Assembly: GCF_016744255.1 (NCBI RefSeq)
Contig: NZ_JADGES010000004.1
Span: forward strand, 10,142 to 74,141
From: Maribacter sp.
Lineage (GTDB): Bacteria; Bacteroidota; Bacteroidia; Flavobacteriales; Flavobacteriaceae
DNA: 64,000 nucleotides
Direction of reading: 5' to 3'
Position numbers and translations under genes: made by a program. The notes under the pieces were generated by a model. It was not told where the DNA came from and made no database searches. It saw nothing but the letters and a program-made list of their open reading frames with translations. Shown here one piece after another: positions 1 through 9,140 of this stretch (position 1 is its first letter; the number at the start of each line of letters is the position of its first letter).

Positions 1-1265
1 CTATAATTTTGCATACGCTGATCTTCTAATCTACGGTTTTTGTTTCGGTCATTATCTATACCACCTTTGGTTTGTCTGCGAATTTCACCTTGATAACCTA
101 TAACGTTCTCTGTACCATCTGCAAATAAAGGTTCCATTTTTCTATATCGCAGTCTAAACCTGTTTTCCCTATCATCCCTCCAATTATACATAGTCTTTAG
201 GAATACCGTATTATTGGTGTTAAAAGCATAATCAAAGTTAGCAGAGAAGCTTCTTCGAATACGTTGAACATGATAGGTTCTTACATCAGATTCTTCCACA
301 AAAGGACTCACCTCTATATCTTCTCCTGTCAACGGGCTCTCCCCCTTGTTTACCCACTCGGCCTCAACATTATCAGACCCAAAATCAACATTATTATAAG
401 ATGTACCTAACATCCAACCAAATTTTCTATTCTTGGAACGATCACCAACTAAAAAACCCATATTATAAGTAGGCTTGTCATTAATAAAGCTTAAACCTGA
501 TCCTAAAGTAGCAGAAATTCTAAAATTTTGAGGAGAGGAACGGGTTATTAAATTCACGGATCCGCCCAAGGCATCACCATCCATATCAGGGGTTACTGCC
601 TTGCTCACTTCTATAGTTTGAATCATATCCGAAGGAATTAAATCCATTTGAACATTTCTATTATCACCTTCAGCAGAAGGAATACGACTGCCATTCAAGG
701 TCACAGAGTTCAACTGAGGGGCAAGACCACGAACAATAATATTCCTTGCCTCTCCCTGATCAACCTGCATAGTAATACCTGGTATACGTTTTAATGCATC
801 ACCAACATTAGCATCTGGAAACTTACCAATTTGATCTGTAGATACTACATTGGTAATGTTCATATTTGAGCGTTGGGTATTCAATGCTTTAGACTGCCCA
901 CTAAGACCGTAAGCTGTTATTTGAACTTCATCTAGTTCTAAATTTTCCGGCACTACAAATAAAGAAATGAAGGTAGTCCTACCAGCAGTGACAATAGCTT
1001 CTTTTTCAATATCTGCATATCCTAAATAAGAAATTTTTAATGTATAGACTCCTTCGGGAATACCTACTAAGGTAAACCTCCCATCAAAATTAGATATTGC
1101 CCCCTTATTCAAGGAGGAAATCACAACATTTGCACCAGGAACGTAAATCCCATTTTCATCGGATATGGCGCCTTGTATATTACCGATTTGAGCCATTACA
1201 ATGGAGTTACTTAGTAATCCAAATAGCGTAACAAATAATAGTTTCATTAGGTTGGTCGTTTTCAT
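1..1265 (-). CDS. TonB-dependent receptor, N-terminal part (runs off the left edge)
   Basis: Not in the ORF track; translated by hand from ATG 1265: MKTTNLMKLLFVTLFGLLSNSIVMAQIGNIQGAISDENGIYVPGANVV... It has a signal peptide, a CarboxypepD_reg-like domain and a plug motif (...FPDANVGDALKRIPGITMQVDQGEARNIIVRGLAPQLNSVTLNG...). Confidence 0.9.
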   Translation of the reverse strand, partial: MKTTNLMKLLFVTLFGLLSNSIVMAQIGNIQGAISDENGIYVPGANVVISSLNKGAISNFDGRFTLVGIPEGVYTLKISYLGYADIEKEAIVTAGRTTFISLFVVPENLELDEVQITAYGLSGQSKALNTQRSNMNITNVVSTDQIGKFPDANVGDALKRIPGITMQVDQGEARNIIVRGLAPQLNSVTLNGSRIPSAEGDNRNVQMDLIPSDMIQTIEVSKAVTPDMDGDALGGSVNLITRSSPQNFRISATLGSGLSFINDKPTYNMGFLVGDRSKNRKFGWMLGTSYNNVDFGSDNVEAEWVNKGESPLTGEDIEVSPFVEESDVRTYHVQRIRRSFSANFDYAFNTNNTVFLKTMYNWRDDRENRFRLRYRKMEPLFADGTENVIGYQGEIRRQTKGGIDNDRNKNRRLEDQRMQNY

Positions 1266-1288
1266 TTTATCAATAATTATATTTTTGA

Positions 1289-1296
1289 CAAATCTA
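1289..1296 (-). promoter_or_regulatory. Bacteroidota sigma70 -7 element (TAGATTTG) upstream of the TBDR
   Basis: Matches TAnnTTTG, 23 nt upstream of ATG 1265. Confidence 0.6.
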
Positions 1297-1433
1297 TATA
1301 TACCAATACATTAGAGCGTTAATCACAAGGCAACAAAGTGTAAATAGAATTACATTTTACAGAAACAAGAAGGCAACAATTACGATTTATTTACACTACC
1401 GTAACCCCAAAGAAGAGAATGATCCAAAGTAGA

Positions 1434-3035
1434 CTATAAAGCAATCAAAAAAGTAATCAACTCCTCTTTTTGATTAAGATTTAATTTTTTCCTTAACCTA
1501 TGTCTTGCAACTCGTATACTGTCTGGCGTAACCCTTAATATTGAAGCTATCTCCTTTGATGAAAGGTTGAGACGTAAAAGCATTCCCAACCGTAATTCTG
1601 CTGGAGATAAATTGTCTTTTGAAAGAGCCGATAGGTTTTTTATAAAGTTTGGGTGGATATCGCCAAAAAAGTAAATAAACTCATCCCACACTTTATCCTG
1701 TTTTAAATCAAAATTGATTTCTTTTACTAAACCTTTTAATTTTTCTGAAGTATTCATGTTTTTTCTATCTGCTAAATTCGTGAGGGTTGCAGACAAATCA
1801 GAAAGTATTTTGTTCTTTTGTGAAAGATGTAGGCTATATTTTGAAAGTGCAGCTGTTTTTAAATGTATTTCTTTTTGAAGGTTTTCCTCTTCAATCTCCT
1901 TTTTTTCCAATTCAGCCTTTAGTATAAGTTGGCGGTATTCTTGAATTTTCCTTTTCTTCCTTACAAAAACGAATACCCCTCCCAAAACTGCCAGCAATGA
2001 ACAAACAATGACCAATAATAAATTCTGCCGAGCACTGCGAACTTTACTTTCCTGTTCTAACAACTTAATCGTTGCCTCTTTTTTATTAGTATTATACACC
2101 GTTTGAAGCACATTCAGCTGATTTGTATTTTGGGCGTAAAATATTTCCTCGTTGATTTTTTCCGATTCTTTCAAATGGGAAAATGCCTTTTTATAATCTC
2201 CTAGTAAAACATATGTTTTAGATAAATCTTTATAAGCACTTTCTACTTGATGGTTATCCTTTATTTTCTTAGCAATAGCCAAGGCCTTCTCTGTATAGAA
2301 CAAACCATTTTCATAATCTCCCTTTTTCCGATGAACATCCCCTAGGTTATTTAAAATGTTAGCTTCATCTGCATTATTAGAATCTTTTACATAGTCATAG
2401 GCTACTATAAAATACTCTTTTGCCAAAGCATAGTTCTCCTGATCTTCATAAATACTTCCTATATTTTCATTAACCAAAGACAACCCTTCAATATCATGGA
2501 TTAATTGAAACTGTTCTAAGCTCTCATTCTGATACTTTAAAGCCTCGGCATACTCCCCTTTTTTTTCAAAACAAGTACCTAAAAAACCTTTAGAAATAGC
2601 CTGTCCTCTTATATAGCCCATCTTCTTAGACTTCTTAATTGCCTCTACAAAATAAGACATGGCTTGGTTATAATTCTTTAGTGAAAGAGCAACCCTTCCC
2701 ATTGAGTTTTTAACGGTTATTTGTAACGTATCTTTTGGAAACCTATCCAATAGAATCAAAGCTTTGTTAAAATGCCCCATAGCTTCTGAAAACACCCCTA
2801 CGTTGAAATAAAACTTTCCTAGCACCCAATGTTTCCGAGCGATAATTATTGCCCTACTATCTATCTGGGCTAGTTTCAATTGCTTCTTGTAAAGAAAAAA
2901 AGTGGAGTCCAACTCTTTATTGGCAAATGCGGTACTCCTGTCTTGGTCTTGACCAAAAGTCTGTAAGAAGAAACCAATATTCAAGAAAATCAAAAAAAAT
3001 CGAAAAGATAGACGCATAAAACAAATAAGACACAA
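1434..3035 (-). CDS. Tetratricopeptide-repeat sensor / LuxR-type HTH transcriptional regulator (likely start ATG 3017)
   Basis: N-terminal signal-like segment, several TPR motifs, one TM helix (LLLVIVCSLLAVLGGVFVFV), a coiled coil and a C-terminal HTH (LSPAELRLGMLLRLNLSSKEIASILRVTPDSIRVARHRLRKKL). Confidence 0.85.
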   Translation of the reverse strand: MCLICFMRLSFRFFLIFLNIGFFLQTFGQDQDRSTAFANKELDSTFFLYKKQLKLAQIDSRAIIIARKHWVLGKFYFNVGVFSEAMGHFNKALILLDRFPKDTLQITVKNSMGRVALSLKNYNQAMSYFVEAIKKSKKMGYIRGQAISKGFLGTCFEKKGEYAEALKYQNESLEQFQLIHDIEGLSLVNENIGSIYEDQENYALAKEYFIVAYDYVKDSNNADEANILNNLGDVHRKKGDYENGLFYTEKALAIAKKIKDNHQVESAYKDLSKTYVLLGDYKKAFSHLKESEKINEEIFYAQNTNQLNVLQTVYNTNKKEATIKLLEQESKVRSARQNLLLVIVCSLLAVLGGVFVFVRKKRKIQEYRQLILKAELEKKEIEEENLQKEIHLKTAALSKYSLHLSQKNKILSDLSATLTNLADRKNMNTSEKLKGLVKEINFDLKQDKVWDEFIYFFGDIHPNFIKNLSALSKDNLSPAELRLGMLLRLNLSSKEIASILRVTPDSIRVARHRLRKKLNLNQKEELITFLIAL

Positions 3036-3096
3036 TATACTATTGGTATGTAAAATTGAGGTTAGCGCTGGTTTACCAAAAGTTTATTTTGTATAA

Positions 3097-3136
3097 ATAA
3101 TAAAGGCCCTGACGATATCGTCAGGGCCTTTATTAT
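3097..3136. terminator. 40-bp perfect palindrome after rpmA, probable intrinsic terminator
   Basis: ATAATAAAGGCCCTGACGAT|ATCGTCAGGGCCTTTATTAT lies 18 nt past the rpmA stop. Confidence 0.8.
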
Positions 3137-3154
3137 CCTAAATGCAATTACTAA

Positions 3155-3415
3155 TTAAGCTTCAAAAGGCTCAATGGAAACGAATGATTTTCCACCTGCT
3201 TTTTTCTGAAACTTTACAAGACCATCTACACGTGCGTGTAATGTATGATCTTTTCCTAGGTAAACATTCTCACCTGGATTATGCACTGTTCCTCTTTGTC
3301 TTACGATAATGTTTCCGGCAATTGCTGCTTGCCCACCAAAAATCTTAACACCTAAACGTTTCGATTCTGATTCTCTACCGTTTTTAGAACTACCTACACC
3401 TTTTTTATGTGCCAT
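3155..3415 (-). CDS. rpmA: 50S ribosomal protein L27
   Basis: [24 protein letters not shown]...IIVRQRGT signature. Confidence 0.99.
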   Translation of the reverse strand: MAHKKGVGSSKNGRESESKRLGVKIFGGQAAIAGNIIVRQRGTVHNPGENVYLGKDHTLHARVDGLVKFQKKAGGKSFVSIEPFEA

Positions 3416-3457
3416 TTTGTTACGGTTTTATATTGTTATACATAAGCAGTTTAGCAA

Positions 3458-4096
3458 TTAAGCTTTACCACCGTCTAATTCGTCTTGCCATTTTTTTAAC
3501 TCGTCCCATTTGCCTTCAGCTGCTAATTTAGCTTGAGCTGGCCAAGTTTCCGTCACGTGATTACCACGAACACCTGCTATAATTTCAGATATTTTTTCCG
3601 ATTTCGCTTCTGCTAATTCAGCAAAAGTTGAAATACCTGCAGCTATTAAAGTTTCTGCAATTTTTGGTCCAATACCTTCAATCTTTTTTAAATCGTCTGC
3701 TTTTCCAGCAGCTTTCTTTGGAGCTGCTTTTTTAGCTTCTACTTTTGGAGCTGCTTCCTTTTTAGGAGCTGCTTTCTTAGAACCAGAAGCTACAATACTC
3801 TCAATAACGATTTCAGTTAAAGACTGGCGGTGACCATTCTTCTTTTTGTAACCTTTACGTCTTTTCTTGTGAAAAACGATTACTTTGTCACTTCTTAAGT
3901 GCTTAATGACTTTGGCCTCAACAGTGGCTCCGTCTATAGCTGGGGCGCCAATAGTTACATTCTTACCGTCATCTAGAAGAAGTACATTGTCAAAAGTTAC
4001 CTTTTTTCCTTCTTCCGTTTGCAAACGGTGAACATACACTTTTTGGTCTTTCGCAACTTTAAATTGCTGCCCTGCCATCTCTACAATTGCGTACAT
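3458..4096 (-). CDS. rplU: 50S ribosomal protein L21 with a Lys/Ala-rich linker and a C-terminal helix-hairpin-helix extension
   Basis: MYAIVEMAGQQFKV...KKNGHRQSLT L21 core, then KKAAPKKEAAPK linker and DDLKKIEGIGPKIAETL (HhH motif). Confidence 0.97.
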   Translation of the reverse strand: MYAIVEMAGQQFKVAKDQKVYVHRLQTEEGKKVTFDNVLLLDDGKNVTIGAPAIDGATVEAKVIKHLRSDKVIVFHKKRRKGYKKKNGHRQSLTEIVIESIVASGSKKAAPKKEAAPKVEAKKAAPKKAAGKADDLKKIEGIGPKIAETLIAAGISTFAELAEAKSEKISEIIAGVRGNHVTETWPAQAKLAAEGKWDELKKWQDELDGGKA

Positions 4097-4149
4097 AGCG
4101 TGTGTTAATTTATTATTAAAAACCTATCTATTTTTTAAATAGGCGGCTG

Positions 4150-4157
4150 CAAATATA
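4150..4157 (-). promoter_or_regulatory. -7 element (TATATTTG) of the rplU-rpmA operon
   Basis: Exact TAnnTTTG match 53 nt upstream of rplU. Confidence 0.7.
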
Positions 4158-4316
4158 CTGTTAATCCGGTAATTTACAAGGAATTTCGAGTGAATTTGAG
4201 CGTAAAATGTATTAAATTTCATAAAAAAATAGAAGCCAATTATTCATTTACCTAAAAAACGGCTTCAAATATCATCTCAAAAAATTGTTTTCAACCCTTT
4301 AAATAGAATCAAAAAC

Positions 4317-4349
4317 AAAAGAGAGAGGTCTAAAAAACCTCCCTCTTTT
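4317..4349 (-). terminator. Intrinsic terminator after the DUF2807 gene
   Basis: Minus strand: AAAAGAGGGAGG-loop-CCTCTCTCTTTT. Confidence 0.65.
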
Positions 4350-4370
4350 ATATGTAAATATATAAGATAG

Positions 4371-5123
4371 TTACCCTACCTTTCTTATTTCGGCTTCCCC
4401 AATAACTATACCCTTCTCTACGGCAGCATCACCAGTATAATTAATTGTAGTTTCTCCATAACAAGTAACTTTTAATCGGCCTGATACGTTTACTCTAAAG
4501 TTACTTTCTCCATAGGCCGTTATTTTTGTGTACACGTTATTTAAACTCACCGTATTTACTTCACTTTCTCCATAAGCTCTATACACCTGTTTTTGGACTA
4601 AACCACCTTTAATCTCTAGATAACTTTCTCCATAAATACTAGCCGTAAGTTGGTCTACGGTTAAAGAATTAAAATAAACCTTGGACTCTCCATATATAGT
4701 AAGTTTTAAATCCTTTTGACTTATAGCACTCATAACATTAACCACTTCTTCTCCTCTAATAGATAGCGCTCGTAATTTTTTATAACTAATACGAACAGAC
4801 ACCATGGTACCTTCATACAAAGAACGGCTTACCTTTCTTCCATTTTCATATCTGTCCTCCGATTTAGTAATAGTTTTAGCTCCTTCTAGATAAACCCTTA
4901 AGGTCTTCCCCTCTACTTCGACATTAATTTTATGCTCTGGCAATTTGGCTTTTTCAATAAACACCTGCTCTTCATCTCCCTCCACTAAAGCAACTTCAAT
5001 ATGAGGGCTTACAATAACTTTATCAAAAGCCTTTACAGCTATAATTTTTCCCTGTGCGCTGCTATTCTGAAACACAAACAGACTTAGACACCAAAAGAGA
5101 ACCGCACCTATTTTTGTTTTCAT
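4371..5123 (-). CDS. Head GIN domain / DUF2807 family exported beta-solenoid protein
   Basis: Signal peptide, FDKVIVSPHIEVALVEG motif and repeated xGES/xGET beta-helix units. Confidence 0.8.
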   Translation of the reverse strand: MKTKIGAVLFWCLSLFVFQNSSAQGKIIAVKAFDKVIVSPHIEVALVEGDEEQVFIEKAKLPEHKINVEVEGKTLRVYLEGAKTITKSEDRYENGRKVSRSLYEGTMVSVRISYKKLRALSIRGEEVVNVMSAISQKDLKLTIYGESKVYFNSLTVDQLTASIYGESYLEIKGGLVQKQVYRAYGESEVNTVSLNNVYTKITAYGESNFRVNVSGRLKVTCYGETTINYTGDAAVEKGIVIGEAEIRKVG

Positions 5124-5157
5124 GCTACTATTATTTTTGATTGGTTAATACAGCATA

Positions 5158-5185
5158 AAGACAATCGGTATTTAAAAGTGTTACA
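5158..5185 (-). promoter_or_regulatory. Putative ECF-sigma-type promoter TGTAAC-N17-GTCTT
   Basis: Seen upstream of the DUF2807 gene, which has no TAnnTTTG box nearby; resembles ECF -35/-10 elements (inference). Confidence 0.35.
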
Positions 5186-5218
5186 GTTTTAGAATATTAC
5201 TTAAAAAATATAATAGGA

Positions 5219-6097
5219 CTATACTTTCTTCTTTTTATTTACCAGCCACACTCCAAATAGAATGATTAATCCTCCTATGATTTGATAAAAATTGATTTTT
5301 TCTCCATCCAAAACACCCCAGAAGATGGCAACAAGAGGAATTGTATACGTAACAGATGCAGCAAAAACCGGACTAGAAATATGTATCAATCTATTAAAAA
5401 ATATATTAGCCATTGCAGTGCCCAACAATGCTAAAACAAGAGTATACCCTAGTGCCTTTTGAACTTCTGGCTGCTGAAAATCTACAGTAAAGATACCAGC
5501 ATAACCCACCATTGCAATTGCAGGTAATACAACCACACCAAAACTCGCAGTAGTAACAGCCAAAGGAGATAAATGTGCTAAATGCTTTTTTATAATATTT
5601 ATATTAAAAGCATAGCCTATGGCAGAAAGAATTATAAAAATAGAATAGCCATAATTTTGCTCTGGACTAAACTCCATACCCACAATAATTAGAGCCATTG
5701 TACCTAGTAAGCCAATAACAACTCCTAGTATCTGCCTTTTAGTAATAGCCAATCCAAAAAGCCAAATTCCTACCAGAGTAGTACCTAAAGGCGCAATAGA
5801 GTTTAATATAGAAGCAACACCGCTATCTATTTCTGTCTGGGCGATTGCAAAAAAGAAAGGAGGAAAAAAAGAGCTTAAAAACCCGGCTATTGTTACCCAT
5901 TTCCAATCCCTAAAACTTAAAGTCTTTAAGCTTCGTAAACCAAACAGGAATAAAAAAAGAGATGCAAAAACAATACGCAACCCCCCCAATTGTATGGAAC
6001 TAAACCCAACAAGCCCTTTCTTTATTAGGATAAATGAGGAACCCCAAATAAAAGAAAGTAAAACAAGGTAAAACCACTTCTTTTTATAATTATTCAA
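5219..6097 (-). CDS. EamA/DMT family permease
   Basis: About 10 TM helices in two EamA repeats (FIWGSSFILIKKGL; VTYTIPLVAIFWG). Confidence 0.9.
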   Translation of the reverse strand: MNNYKKKWFYLVLLSFIWGSSFILIKKGLVGFSSIQLGGLRIVFASLFLFLFGLRSLKTLSFRDWKWVTIAGFLSSFFPPFFFAIAQTEIDSGVASILNSIAPLGTTLVGIWLFGLAITKRQILGVVIGLLGTMALIIVGMEFSPEQNYGYSIFIILSAIGYAFNINIIKKHLAHLSPLAVTTASFGVVVLPAIAMVGYAGIFTVDFQQPEVQKALGYTLVLALLGTAMANIFFNRLIHISSPVFAASVTYTIPLVAIFWGVLDGEKINFYQIIGGLIILFGVWLVNKKKKV

Positions 6098-6451
6098 ACA
6101 AGATTAATTTTATACAAATGTGACACATTATTTTCTAATAAAGTATACCCAAAATGTCATTTTTTTAATTTTTACTTCTTGTTTTCTAATCTTAAACTTA
6201 AAGTATTAAAAGATAATAATCAAGCTAATTTATCTTCATAAAAAAATTGCCAATGTGCAAATATATAGAAGTAACAAATGGTGGGTTTTTGATTTTCTCT
6301 GGATGCCTCATACAATGAGTTATCAAAATCAGAGACAATCTTAATAACCTTTTACTACGAACTTACCCCTTTCTTTTTGAATTTTCACAATTATCTCTGG
6401 TTTTAGTTTGTATTATTTAACACCTAAAAAAGGAAGAAAAAAACAGCAATT

Positions 6452-6823
6452 TTGTACCTTCATAAAAAAAATATGCGATTAAAAGCCTTTATGCTCCTTT
6501 GCTTTATTACAGTATATAGCTGTAACAGCTCCAAAAAAAGTTTGTCTTTCTCGGAACAATCTGCAGTAAAACCAGCCACCTCTCTTGCTACAATTACCAT
6601 TAAAGGTATGGCATGCCAAGCTGGTTGTGCGGACGCCATACAGGAAAATCTATTAAAAATAGAAGGAGTAGAAAAGGCCGTTGTTAGTTATGAAGAAGCA
6701 AACGCCATCGTAACCTTTAACACTACCAAAACATCTACAACAGTAATAACAAAAACAATTACCGACACTAAAGTCAAAGATTATATTTATACTATAAAAA
6801 ACATTGAAATTAAAAACTTATGA
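6452..6823 (+). CDS. Heavy-metal-associated (HMA) domain lipoprotein (likely start ATG about 6473)
   Basis: Lipobox (VYSC) and TIKGMACQAGCADAIQENL, an HMA fold with CxxxC spacing. Confidence 0.75.
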   Translation: MYLHKKNMRLKAFMLLCFITVYSCNSSKKSLSFSEQSAVKPATSLATITIKGMACQAGCADAIQENLLKIEGVEKAVVSYEEANAIVTFNTTKTSTTVITKTITDTKVKDYIYTIKNIEIKNL

Positions 6824-7242
6824 AAAAGTACACACCAATTCTAATTGCACTAATAGCTTTAATTTACACCTCTTGTAAAGAAGAAAAAAAAGTACCACAA
6901 GAACCAACACAAATGCAACAAGTAATGGCTATTCATGATGAAGTTATGCCTAAAATGGGCACAATAGGAAAATTGGTTAGCACTTTAAAACCTATGATAG
7001 ATTCCACTGAAACAGGCGCACAATATGACATAGCAATGAAAGATTTGCAAAAAGCAAACAAATCTATGATGGAATGGATGCAAGATTTTGGTTCTAAATT
7101 TGATTCTGATGAAATTATTAACGGCAAAAAATTAACTCCAGAAAAACAAGTATTACTAGACATAGAAGAAGCAAAAGTTAAAGAAGTGGCTAACCTAATG
7201 AATACTAGCATTGCTAATGCTGAGGCTCTTTTAAAAGAGTAG
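6820..7242 (+). CDS. Hypothetical helical lipoprotein, Met/His-rich
   Basis: Lipobox YTSC; MQQVMAIHDEVMPKMG and KSMMEWM motifs; ATGA overlap with the HMA gene. Confidence 0.7.
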   Translation: MKKYTPILIALIALIYTSCKEEKKVPQEPTQMQQVMAIHDEVMPKMGTIGKLVSTLKPMIDSTETGAQYDIAMKDLQKANKSMMEWMQDFGSKFDSDEIINGKKLTPEKQVLLDIEEAKVKEVANLMNTSIANAEALLKE

Positions 7243-7247
7243 TCTAT

Positions 7248-7805
7248 TTAATTTTTCCATTTCAGGGTTTCCATTATTTTTCCGATATCTTCCTTTAAGT
7301 AGGATGCCGCCGGATAAATAGAATCGTAATTCGGCTTGGTATAAAAATAAAGAGAACCTGTTATAAAGTGCTGCGTGCTATCTGTTGCAAAAAATTGAGA
7401 TTGTGAGGCTGCATTACCAACAACCTCGAACAAAACACCATGTACATTGCTATCTGGATTACTAAATACTTGCGGCTGAATTCTTTCTGCTTTTACAGCA
7501 TGCTCGTAACTTAATCTTTCTGCATCTGTAACAAGCTTCTTTAAATTGTTGTTTACCTTTTTATAACTAATGAAAATTGCTCCTTTCATCTCTGGATAAT
7601 TAATAACAAAGGAGCTTTCTTTCTTTTTTTCTATTTGAGCTTTATCGTTATAAGCAAATTCAAAATTTTTGGTTTCTACTTTCCTTACTCCCCCAAGAGC
7701 ATATTCTAAACGTAATTTTGCTTTAGGCTTAGGCAATACTTCATCTTTGCAACTTGTTAAAAAAACAAATACAACTAGCAAACTATAAACAGACTTAAGC
7801 TTCAT
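7248..7805 (-). CDS. gldD: Gliding motility lipoprotein GldD
   Basis: LTSC lipobox, PKPKAKLRLEY, GNAASQSQFFATDSTQHFITGSLYF; directly follows gldE. Confidence 0.93.
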   Translation of the reverse strand: MKLKSVYSLLVVFVFLTSCKDEVLPKPKAKLRLEYALGGVRKVETKNFEFAYNDKAQIEKKKESSFVINYPEMKGAIFISYKKVNNNLKKLVTDAERLSYEHAVKAERIQPQVFSNPDSNVHGVLFEVVGNAASQSQFFATDSTQHFITGSLYFYTKPNYDSIYPAASYLKEDIGKIMETLKWKN

Positions 7806-9123
7806 ACGGAAGGGTTACTTTTATTTGTTTTAATCTCTTTTTATCTAAGCTTTCTACCACGAATTTATATTCTTTAAAAATAATTAATTCCCCCTTTTTG
7901 GGAAAGCTTCCTGCAATTTCTAACACAAAACCTGCTATGGTTTCTGATTCTCCTTTTTGATTTTCAAAATCGTCCTCATCTTCAATCTTAACTACTCTAT
8001 AAAAATCCTTTAACGCGGTCTTACCTTCGAATACATAGTTAAAATCATCTAATTTAGAATAAATTAGATCCTCATCATCAAACTCATCACTTATATCCCC
8101 GACAATCTCTTCTATTATATCCTCTAACGTAACTATGCCCGATGTTCCTCCATACTCATCTACCACAACAGCCAGGTGGTTTTTCTTTTCCTGAAATTCT
8201 AACAACAAATCGTCTAGCTTTTTATTTTCAGGAACAAAATAAGGTTCGCGTATAAGCGATAACCAATTAAATATTTTAAGATCTAAATGAGGCAACAAAT
8301 CCTTTACATATAAGACTCCCAATACATTATCCATGTTTTCGGAGAAGACAGGAATTCTAGAATATCCATTCTTTTTTATTTCTTCTAGAACCTCTAAGAA
8401 TTTCATTTCTTCATTAAGAGCAAAAATATCTATCCTAGGACACATAACTTGCTTGGTATCTGTATTACCAAAGGAAACTATGCCTTCTAAAATTTTCTGT
8501 TCCTCTTTAGTAGTATCTCCATCCGAAGTAAGCTCCAAGGCTTGTGATAAATGATCTACACTTAAATTAGATTTTTCTTTTCCTAACTTGTTATGAAGAA
8601 AGATAGTCGCTGAACGCATGGGCAAACTAAGCGGTGAAAAGATAAAATCTAACACCTTTAAAGGGTATACCATAAATTGCGTAAAACTTATTCTGTTTCT
8701 ATTAGCATATACTTTAGGAAGAATTTCTCCGAACATTAAAATAAGAAAAGTAGCAACTACCACTTCTAATAAAAAACGGACAGAAATAAAACCGAAAAGA
8801 ATGGTTGTAATATGCGAAAATAAATTATCTCCTATAACATTAAACAATAAAACAATGCCAATATTAATGGCATTATTAGCAATTAGTATAGTAGCTAATA
8901 ACTTTTTTGGTTTCTCTAACAAGGTAACTACAAGGCTTCCTTTTGCTGTTTTTTCTTCCTCTATCTCCTTAACATCTGTCTGGGAAAGACCAAAAAAAGC
9001 AACTTCGGCACCTGAGATAAGTGCAGAACAAATTAACAAAAATACTAGAGTACCAATTCTAAGCGCAAAAGCACTATCTAATACTACAAAATTTAGCAAT
9101 AAACTAAGGGGGTCAGGGTCCAA
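7795..9123 (-). CDS. gldE: Gliding motility-associated protein GldE (CNNM/DUF21 + CBS pair + CorC_HlyC)
   Basis: SGAEVAFF, GEILPKVYA, YSRIPV and VVDEYGGTSGIVTLEDIIEEIVG motifs; overlaps gldD. Confidence 0.9.
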   Translation of the reverse strand: MDPDPLSLLLNFVVLDSAFALRIGTLVFLLICSALISGAEVAFFGLSQTDVKEIEEEKTAKGSLVVTLLEKPKKLLATILIANNAINIGIVLLFNVIGDNLFSHITTILFGFISVRFLLEVVVATFLILMFGEILPKVYANRNRISFTQFMVYPLKVLDFIFSPLSLPMRSATIFLHNKLGKEKSNLSVDHLSQALELTSDGDTTKEEQKILEGIVSFGNTDTKQVMCPRIDIFALNEEMKFLEVLEEIKKNGYSRIPVFSENMDNVLGVLYVKDLLPHLDLKIFNWLSLIREPYFVPENKKLDDLLLEFQEKKNHLAVVVDEYGGTSGIVTLEDIIEEIVGDISDEFDDEDLIYSKLDDFNYVFEGKTALKDFYRVVKIEDEDDFENQKGESETIAGFVLEIAGSFPKKGELIIFKEYKFVVESLDKKRLKQIKVTLPYEA

Positions 9124-9140
9124 TAGTTATATTTTAGGGT

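Noticed and set aside
3700-3790. GCTTTCTTTGGAGCTGCTTTTTTAG-type repeats in rplU
   Set aside because: They simply encode the KKAAPK linker.
6291-6340. Nested hairpin in the EamA/HMA intergenic region (GATTTTCTCTG...CAGAGACAATC)
   Set aside because: Imperfect, with no match to any RNA family I recognise; such pairing is easily obtained by chance in AT-rich DNA.
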